NCBI RefSeq assembly: GCF_006345805.1
Contig: NC_042998.1
Span: forward strand, 152,458,001 to 152,522,000
Source of the DNA: Octopus sinensis
Taxonomy: Eukaryota
DNA length: 64,000 nucleotides
Direction: 5' to 3'
The notes under the pieces were generated by a model. It was not told where the DNA came from. It did no database searches and saw nothing but the letters and a program-made list of their open reading frames with translations. Every line of letters starts with the position of its first letter. Position 1 is the first letter of the stretch. Position numbers and translations under genes: made by a program. This document shows, one piece after another, positions 54,717 to 64,000 of the stretch.

Positions 54717-55905
54717 TTACTTACTGCAATTTATTTTATTCCTGTAGATTTTCAGGAATGCAGAGGAAAATTTATGTATGCAAAAGGGGATCACGTCCGT
54801 AAATTTATTCAGAATGTGCGGTCCATAACACCTAAGGATGGTAAGTGATTCCCTTATGCATAGCCTACACTTGCTGATATTTCTCTTGAAGTTTGGGGTT
54901 TTAGAGATGATGGACCATTCTAGGAAATAATTCTTATTGTTCTTTCTCAGGTTGTGTATATGCGATGCAAGTGTAGTTGAGTTATAGTATTTTTCGTTAG
55001 TAAAAGAGCTCATGTGTGATCTATATCGCGCCTTAAAATCCATCGTACTACCTATATAAAATTTGTTTAGCTTATCTACATCCCTAACTACACATTTATA
55101 TATTACGTTGGTAACCAGACAGGAACCATCCAAAGGACATAATTTGGGTTTCCTACAATTACATGTCTTTTCGGGACCTTTCCTAAATTTTTTCCTATTG
55201 TTATCTTTACCTATTTTATCTCCAGTTCCAGACGGGTTTCCCTCATTCCTTCCCTCAAAACTACCCTTATTACATGGGTTCGATGAGTCCGGTAAAGGCA
55301 GACCATTTATAGCTTTGGTACTCGGCTTTACAGGATTATCAAACACATTTCCTTGGTCATCCTCAAAGGAACTTTTTTTGCCGTTCCACCTAGTAAGCTT
55401 GCTTCTATTGATTGAAGCAATGATGGAAGCAAAGTTAGGCATTACAGAATAGGAGAATTTTATCGTCAACTTGTTGCAGATGCTATAATATTTGTGGTCC
55501 TTTGGGAAGTTCTCCTTCAGAATCTTAAAAAATAGTTTTGGTAAATTCCTTACTCTAAGGGAGAAAGGGGGAGCGAACCAAATAACTTCCCTTATTCTAG
55601 GCCGTGAGCTTCCTGTTTTGTTTAACTTCTTATCAAGATTTTTAATTTCCTTATACCTACACTTACTGCTGTTATCCCTAAACATATTATTATTCCTAAA
55701 CATATTATTATTATTCAAAGGCCTCTTAGTATTCCTAAACGTATTATTATTATTATTCAAAGGCCTATTATTATTACAGTATTTATTATTGTATTTATCT
55801 GTAGTAATTGCAACTTGCTCAATTGGCAAACCAGCCATCTTGTTTTTGAGTCTAGTATTAAGGATATAGAATATTTTAGACTTGAAACCACTTGCATTTG
55901 TTTGT
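54717..55905 (-). CDS. Penelope-like thumb/linker plus GIY-YIG ORF, open but lacking the RT core (5'-truncated)
   Basis: SGFKSKIFY, VIWFAPPFS, KFSYSVMPN, CNCRKPKLCPLDGSCL, VIYKC...FYIGST..FKARYRSH, CRLCIRE; the first ~30 codons of the listed ORF are microsatellite. Confidence 0.85.
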
Positions 55906-56269
55906 TCAATGATTATATGTATATATATACATACATACATATATACACATATATACACATACATACATATACACATACACATGTATATACCCACACACAC
56001 ATAAGGTACCAGCAGAAAACAAAAACAGATACATATCTATCAAAACCTACATATATGTGTGTGCATACATATGTATAGACAAGTATAATTACTGGTATTT
56101 TTATATTTTATAAATTATATATGTAAAGCATAATATGTTATACATGTATGTATATCGTTATACTTGTATTTTTTTTTAAATAAATAGACATAATATAATG
56201 TCTAAAAGTTCATAAATACCACCTCTTGTTCCCCTCCATTTTCTTATTGCTATATATATATATATATAT

Positions 56270-56745
56270 ACTAGCAAAACGCCCCCACCCATCCAATGGG
56301 CGGTGCTGAGTTGCCAAATATTTAAACCAAATTTTCTCAAAACAACTTGTCTGACCGTCCCATAGGCCTCCATTTTCAGAAACACTGATTTAACCTAAAT
56401 TTGAGACACCGGCAAAAGAAGAAATAAAGATAGACATTTTTCTATTCCAATGAAAAACGATTTTATTCACACAAATATGCAACCGAAGAGTTTAAAGTAC
56501 CAGTAAGTACATCGCAACAGCTGATGTACTTGCACGTACAAATGCACGTTCCCACGGCTTTATCGATCGCATTCTCGCCTGGAATCGATTTTTGTAATTT
56601 TTTTCAAGACTTATACACACCCTGATACCATCAGAATCTACATATCAAATTTGAGTGCAATTGGATGGAGGATGCCCGAGATCCTAGAAGACACACACAC
56701 TTACAGACAGAACAGATTTTATACAATAGTTATATATACAGATAT
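56270..56745 (+). mobile_element. HINE/DINE-1-like non-autonomous Helitron-type element
   Basis: Starts ACTAG after (TA)n; CGCCC..GGGCG stem; 3' CAAATTTGAGTGCAATTGG...ACACACAC..ACAGAC..TTTTATA layout; family match is from recall only. Confidence 0.4.
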
Positions 56746-56781
56746 ATATATATATCTCATTTATATATATACAAATATATA

Positions 56782-56926
56782 CTTTATTTAAAGCAGCAGA
56801 AAATTCAACAAAACCTGTTACCCTGAGTTTCCCGTTGCCGTTCATCGGACAGTTTTTGCTAGATGAACAGCAACGGGAAACTCAGAGTAACAGGTTTTGT
56901 TGAATTTTCTGCTGCTTTAAATAAAG
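56782..56926. repeat. Foldback with 65-bp arms (2 mismatches) and HHR-like motifs
   Basis: Arms 56782-56846 / 56862-56926; minus-strand CTGT-CCGATGA-aCG GCAA CGg-GAAACTCAGGGTA-ACAG at 56815-56852. Confidence 0.88.
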
Positions 56927-57041
56927 CATATTACTCTACCACTGGTATTTGAGTACTCTTTTTTCCACCATGTTTCACATTTATGTGTTTACTCCGGTGT
57001 ATACAAATATATATATATATATATCATTTATACATATCATT

Positions 57042-57075
<34 letters not shown>

Positions 57076-57284
57076 GATATCATTTATGTGTGCATAAATG
57101 TAAATGTAAACAAAGTTTGCTATTTTTTAGAAGTGTTAAGATATATTGAAAGATACAGATAAAGAAAAAATGATTTCTCAAACACAGAATAATACTGACA
57201 AAACAGCAAGAACAGAATAAAATATCCATATTTTGCAGAAAAATTTGCCAGCAGCCATCTTATAAGAGATTTTGTGTATGTTGT

Positions 57285-57347
<63 letters not shown>

Positions 57348-57663
57348 CATATGTTCCTTATGCACTCCAAAACCTAGTTACCGTTTTTGATGTATGGTGT
57401 ATCAAAAGACTCAGTAAGCTTTGGTTACCAACTAAACTATATTTTCCTTCAATCATTTGCCTTACAAAAATTTTAAATTATTATTTTTCTTTTAGTCACC
57501 TATTGTAAATGACATCTTTTACCACCACCACCATAACAATGACTCACATTTTCTATATGTGTTCACACGTTCGGCACATACATTAGGCCGATGACTGACA
57601 AGTATATGTGTGTGACGGTGTTTATGTCAGTCAGTATACATACATTTTTGTGACGACTGACAC

Positions 57664-57696
<33 letters not shown>

Positions 57697-57759
57697 TCTC
57701 ACACACACCATTTCAAATTTGAAATAGTGAAGACACGCCAGATTAAGAAGTTTATGAAA

Positions 57760-58512
57760 CTCAAAGGTCAGAGAATGAAGACTGAAATCCGTCACCCACC
57801 TGTGAAAGCAGTAATTAATGTAAGTAGCTGACACCTAAAAAGCTCTGAAGAAGCAGTACTGAACAAAGGTCTCAACTTTGTGGCAACCATCAAGTGTATT
57901 CCATACTTGGACATAATGGCTCCTGTTGAAGAGATTGCCATAAAGATACCAAAAACTCAGGGAGATGAACTAAGGTGGAAAGTGAGAGAGGTACTAGAAA
58001 AAGCAAAAACCTCCTAAACCAAACCTCACTAAGGAAGAAAAGTTCGCTATCAAAACTCTACAGAGTGACAATTCCATCATAATACTTCCAGCGGACAAGG
58101 CAAATGCTACAGTGGTGATGAACAAGTCTGACTACTCTGAAAAGTTGGCAAGTCTTATAAGTGATGGTAGCTACAGCAAAGAAAAAAAAGACCCAACTCT
58201 GAAAACAGAGAGGAAGTTGTCACAGATCTTGATCAAGAACAAGGATCACTTTACACCAATGAAGTACAGACAACTGACTTAACACCACAGTAAACTACCA
58301 CACATGTACACTCTCCCTAAGATTCACAACGATGGTATTCCATTAAGACCTTTAGTGAGTTGTACAGGTTCAGCATGTCATCCACTGAGCTGCTTCCTTG
58401 AGGATATAATCAGTCCATTAGCAGGAAAGTCAACATCGTACGTAAAGAATTCCCCCCTCTTCACAGAATTGATCAAGGATACTCCCATTGAAGCCAACCA
58501 GGTGGTGAGTTT
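57760..58512 (+). mobile_element. Penelope-like RT, left part
   Basis: VLNKGLNF, KPNLTKEE, ILPADKANATVVM, YTLPKIH..GIPLRPLVS...VVSF. Confidence 0.85.
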
Positions 58513-61500
58513 CATCATCATCATCATCATCATTTAGCATCCGCTTTCCATGCTAGCATGGGTGGGACGGTGCAACTGGGGTCTGGGAAGCCAGAAGGCT
58601 GCACCAGGCCCAGTCTGATCTGGCAATGTTTCTATGGCTGGATGCCCTTCCTAACGCCAACCACTCCATGAGTGTAGTGGGTGCTTTTTACATGCCACCA
58701 GCACAGGTGCCAGATGAAGCTGGCAAATGGCCACAATCGGATGGTGCTTTTTATGTGCCACTGGCACGGAAGCCAGTCGGGGCAGCGCTGGCAATGGCCA
58801 TGTTCAGATGGTTCTCTTATGTGCCACCGGCACTGGTATCACAGCTACAATTTCCATTGATGTTGTTCGATTTGATTTTGATTTTGATTTTCACTTGCCT
58901 CAACAGGTCTTCACAAGTAGAGTTTTGTGTCCCAAGAAGGGAAGGTATGCATAAGTGGACTGAGGCCATGGGTTATGGTCTCATTTGTCCTGCCGGGTCT
59001 TCTCACGCACAGCATACTTCCAAAGGTCTCGGTCTCTAGTCATTTCCTCGGTGAGACCTAAAGTTCAAAGGTCGTGCTTCACCACCTCATCCCAGGTTTT
59101 CCTGGGTCTGCCTCTTCCACAGGTTCCCTCAACCGCTAAGGTGAGGCACTTTTTCACACAACTATCTTCAGCCATTCTCGCCACATGACCATACCAGCTC
59201 AAACATCTCTCTTGCACACCACAACTGATGCTTCTTAGGTCCAGCTTTTCTCTCAAGGTACTTACACTCTGTCAAGTATGAATACTGACATTACACATCC
59301 ATCGGAGCATACTGGCTTCATTTCTTGTGAGCTTATGCATATCCTCAGCAGTCACGGCCCATGTTTCACTGCCATGTAGCATGGCTGTTCGTACACATGC
59401 GTCATACAGTCTGCCTTTTACTCTGAGCGAGAAGCCTTTTGTCTCTAGCAGAGGTAAGAGCTCTCTGAACTTTGCCCAGGCTATTCTTACTCTTGCAGTT
59501 ACACTTTCTACACACCAGCCCCCACTACTGACTTGGTCACCTAGGTAATGGAAGCTATCAACTATTTCTAGTTATTCTCTCTGGAATGTGGCGGAAGTTG
59601 CTCTCTGTGCATTTTCAGTGTTTATTGCTCCTGAGCATCTGCCACATACAAAAACTATCTTCCTAGTTAGCCTTCCCTTGACATTGCTGCACCTCTTGTG
59701 TCCATAGCTTACACTTGGTGCATCTTATAGAGTTTCTACCTACGCTTTTTCTCCAGATCGAGCAAGGCCATCTACCTGAAGGCGTTTGTGACTTGTCTAC
59801 CTTCCTACTTAGTAGGACTTTGGTTTTAGCTAGATTGACTCTAAGGCCCTTCGATTCTAAACCTTGCTTCCACACCTGAAACTTCTCCTCCAGTTCTGAT
59901 AGTGACTCAGCTATTAGAGCAATGTCATCAGTGTAGAGGAGCTCCCAGGGGCATCCTGTCTTGAATTCCTCTGTTATTGCCAGGAGGACTATGATAAATA
60001 GGAGGGGGCTGAGGACTGAACCTTGGTGGACCCCTACCTCTACCTGGAATTCTTCCCTGTACTCATTGCCAACCCTCACCTTACTAGCAGCGTCCCTGTA
60101 CATGGCTTGCACAGCTCTCACTAACCATTCATCTATCCCTAGTTTCCTCATTGACCACCAGATAACGGATCGGGGGACCCTGTCGAAGGCTTTCTCCATG
60201 TCAACAAAAGTCAGGTACAGGGGCTTGTCTTTGGCTAGATATTTCTCCTGCAGCTGTCTTACCAGGAATATGGATGTGGTGCTTTTCCCTGGCATGAACC
60301 CAAACTGCATCTCATCTAAACTAACTCACTCTCTAATTAGTTGGGCTATGACTCTCTTCGTAACCTTCATTACCTGATCCAACAGCTTGATACCTCTGTA
60401 ATTATTTGTATCTAGTGCATCACCTTTACCTTTGTAGCAGTTGTCTATTATGCTGCTACACTAGTCATTGGGTATGACTCCTTCGTGTATCACCTGGTTA
60501 ACTATACAGGTGACTAGGCTATTGCCGACACTACCAGATATTTTGAGCATATCTGCAGTAATTCCTGATGGGCCTGGGGCTTTCCCTGTCTTCATGCTTC
60601 TAATTGCCTTAACTACCAAGGAACTGTCAACTCGGATAGCTGGTCCCTTTGTTGGGTCGACATTCAGCAGACTCTCTTTATCCCATTCATTTTCTTTATT
60701 CAGCAACCTTTCATAGTGGCATCTCCAAACCTCTCTCTTTGCATCCTCATTTAGCGCAAGTGAACCATCATCCATGCGAACACATTTCTCTCCTACCACG
60801 TCACGATTCTCTCTCACACACTGTCTTGCAACACGAAATACCTCAAGTCTTTCATCCTCACGGCACAGGACATTGGCAAATTTTTTCCTATCTGCTTCCC
60901 CTCTGGCTAGATAGACCTCTCTCTTAGCTTCCCTTCTAGCAGTCTGATACACTTCCCTGCTACCACCGTTCTTCCAGTCCTTCCAAGCCTGTTTCTTTTG
61001 TCTAATAGCCCTGTCTACAACATTGTTCCACCACCACGTTATTTTAGGTCGAGAGGGGACTTTGCACCAGCCACAGATCTGGTCAGTGGCTCTCAGCAGG
61101 TTGTCCCTTAGAATCCTCCAGTTGTCTTCTACCCTATGTGAAGCTATATCCCCTTCTTCTTCGTCAAAGGCTTCAAGTAATATGTCCCTAAATCTCTGTC
61201 CATTTGCAGGATCTTTAAGCTTCCAGATCCTTCTTCTCCATGCTGGTCGTCCTCTTAGTCCTGATCCTAAAGTCACTAACTACCAGTCTATGTTGTGGGG
61301 TACATTCTTCGCCTGGGAAGGTTTTGGCATTTATAAGCAGCCATCTTTCCCTTTTCCTGGCAAGGATGTAGTCAATTTGGCAAGTATGTCGACCTGATCG
61401 GTAGGTGACTAGGTGGCTGGTAGGTTTCCTGAAGTTAGTGTTGCAAACCACAAGATCATTTGCATCGCAGAACTCCAGCAGCCTGGTTCTCTCCTCATTG

Positions 61501-61919
61501 TGGGAACCATAACCATGGCCTCCATGTACACCATGGAAGCCCCCAGCATGTTTTCCAACATGCCCATTGAAATCACCAGCCACAAAGAGAAGGTCTCTGT
61601 CATTCGTCAACGAGGTAGTCTGCAGTAGGGCGTCATAGAATCGGTCTTTCTGTCCCGACTGAGGGGCATAGGCCGATATAATGATTTCTAATCCATGATG
61701 AAGCACTAATCTAATCTTAAGTATTCTGTCACATACTCTGATTACCCCAATTACCTTATCTACCCATTTTTCAGCGAGAAGTATACCCACGCCTCCAACC
61801 CTGTCAGTGTTCCCTGCCCAGAAAATCTTGTACCTGTGTTCTTTGCCTGTGAGGAACCTAGCAGAACCCCCCTCTCCACCTTACTTCTTGGATGCAGCAT
61901 ATATTAACACGTCTCCATC
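58513..61919 (-). mobile_element. RTE-clade LINE, 5'-truncated within the endonuclease, (ATG)n tail
   Basis: CCIQEVRW, SAYAPQ, AGDFNGHVG, QIDYI; KAPGPSG, QFGFMPGKST, DMEKAFDRVP, HQGSVLSP, YTDD; stop at 58981; (CAT)n at 58513-58533. Confidence 0.92.
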
Positions 61920-61921
61920 TA

Positions 61922-62175
61922 GATGTGATAAGCCTGTTCACCAAAGTCCCAACTGGTGAAGCACTATCGGTGATACAAGAAAAACTAGTGACAGACACCC
62001 GTCTAAAAGAATGCACTAATATACTAATAAGAAACTTGATGGAAATGTTGACCTTCTGTGTAGAAACTACCTACTTCAGTATGGACACTGATATATATCG
62101 ACAAGAGGAGGGTTTAGCTATGGGTTCACCATTATCACCAGTAATAGCCAATATATACATGGAATACTTTGAGAA
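61922..62175 (+). mobile_element. Penelope-like RT, continuation after the RTE insertion
   Basis: DVISLFTKVP...GLAMGSPLSPVIANIYMEYFE continues the ...VVSF that ends at 58512. Confidence 0.85.
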
Positions 62176-63239
62176 TTTGGGTGGGGGGAAAGAAGAGCAA
62201 TGTGGAATTGAAAAGAAGTTTTTGCTTCTCTTTCACAGTTGAGTGGTTATGGGGATTGGTCTTTAGAGGTCAAAATGGTGTGAGTGTGTGTGTCTCCCTC
62301 TCCACACCAAATTCATTTTTTACTTTTTTCAATTTTTTTTTTTTTAGTAATCTATGGAGAAAAAACAGAGAGTATAAATTGATTGATTGATTGATTTTAG
62401 TTTCAGCTCATTGAGCTGTGGCGATGCTGGGGCACCGCCATTTAAAAATATATAAAATCTTTAGGAATTTTACCCATCACCTCACCACTTTGAAAAAGCT
62501 ACACACTTCCAATGTTTCACTTTTAGCTTTTTGGAAAGTGGCAAAGTTTCTTCAGAAATAATGTCATTTACCTGTTGTTTCTAGCATGTCAGGTTTTCTG
62601 GTGGTAGTCTAGCATTTCAGTAAAATGTTGCGCATGCAGGAAACATCAGACAAAAGTGAAAATGAGTAGATGATGGGTAGGTGAGGTGAGGGAAGGGACA
62701 TTGAGTGTTTCTTTAAGAAAAATTAAACTATATATACTTCCCAGATTCGTAATCTCTGTATTTTTCTACGTAGATAACAAAAAGAAAATTCAAAAAAGTT
62801 ACAAATTAAGAAACTGCGGTGAGGATAAGGGGAAATTAAAATTTTGAAAACGTGATTTCTGGACAAAATCGTGTTAACCCCCTTTTATATGATAAAATAA
62901 TATATAGTTTGTGATCCTTCTTAAGAACAAAAAGCACTTTCATGCAAACCCATGCAAATTGTACCCACCCCTTCACTTTTAAACAAACAATTACTTCCAT
63001 TATGCCATTAGCTATATGTCAGCTGTACCGATTCTGCCTATAAGGAAGGAGCAAATAATACAATGTGCCTGTAGGTCATAGCACCTGGGCAACACCAGGA
63101 TGCATTGCTAGTGTGTGTGTGTATATATATATATCACGTTTTTATACATATATTCTTTTATATGTTTCAGCCTTGAGGCTGCGGCCATGCTGGGGTACCA
63201 CCAGTATAATCACCTTTTAATCAACCAATTCTATGGGAT

Positions 63240-64000
63240 TGGTTTTGGTAAATGAGGGAGTTCGATACTATTACCCTCTTTTGAGGTTCCTGCCTTGATA
63301 TTGGTTCATCTGAGATCCTGGACAGCAAGACGTCAGATGTTTTGGCAATGAGTTAAATAACTGTGGGCCCTTGAATCCCGAGGTATTGCAGTACATGGTC
63401 CTCACCTTAGATGAGACAACTGGGACTTTTGGAATAGTGCAGTGACATCCATTTCGAGGTCTGGTATAACTTTCGATTCCAAAGTTTGGTGCCAGCCCCT
63501 CCAGTATCTTTCACACATGCATACCTCTCCTGTCTTCACTCCAGGGAGTAGGGTTATAGCTCTTTCAGTCTCTCCCAGTTCAGCTGTTCCATTGATAAAA
63601 ACTTCCTTGTGTAGTATCGCTGAACCGCCTCAAGCTCTGCTATTAATCCTACAGTGTAAGGTGACTACAGTTGAGAGGAGTAGTCTAGACTGCTGGGGAC
63701 AAATGTCCTCCATATGATCAGCTTAGTTTCCTGGTCCCTTGTTCTGAAGGTTCTCAGAATTCATCCGGACATTTGCCTGCATACTGCCACCATCTTGGTG
63801 ATATGCATGTGAAATGAGGCATCTTTGCTCATATGAATCTCAAGATCACGCACTATATTTGTTTCTGGAATTGCTGCTCCTTTCGATCCAAAGTATCGTT
63901 GTTGTGACTTCTGAGCACCAGTTAGCGAGTAGCAGAGGGCTTGGAATTTGCCTGCATTAAACTGCATGTTGTTGTCCTCAGCCTATTTATATATGGCATC
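63240..64000 (-). mobile_element. CR1/L2-type LINE 3' fragment, continuing beyond the window edge
   Basis: NNMQFNAGKFQ, VRDLEIHMS, LDYSSQLW-like, KGPQLFNSLPK. Confidence 0.75.

Overview
Repeat-dense metazoan genomic DNA, probably Octopus/cephalopod (inferred from the tRNA-derived SINEs and the extreme (TA)n, (GATA)n and (TAA)n load). I could not confidently identify any host-gene exon; almost all recognisable coding sequence is transposon-derived. Main contents: (1) an 18.4-kb head-to-tail stack of four divergent Tx1-clade non-LTR retrotransposons (4989-22305, all minus strand), embedded in a (GATA)n microsatellite with consistent junction phase, which points to a (TCTA)n-targeting lineage; (2) two decayed Ty3/gypsy LTR elements, one splitting a mariner and one whose two LTRs carry different U3 regions; (3) three R4/Dong-like RLE retrotransposons at (TAA)n tracts; (4) at least four Penelope-like elements (PLEs), plus many hammerhead-ribozyme (HHR)-like motifs, several inside foldback elements near (TA)n; (5) a Chapaev-like DNA transposon, two RTE fragments, a CR1/L2-type fragment, several SINEs and a HINE-like element. 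A 100-N assembly gap lies at 47931-48030. Percent identities and alignments were judged by eye and need confirming.
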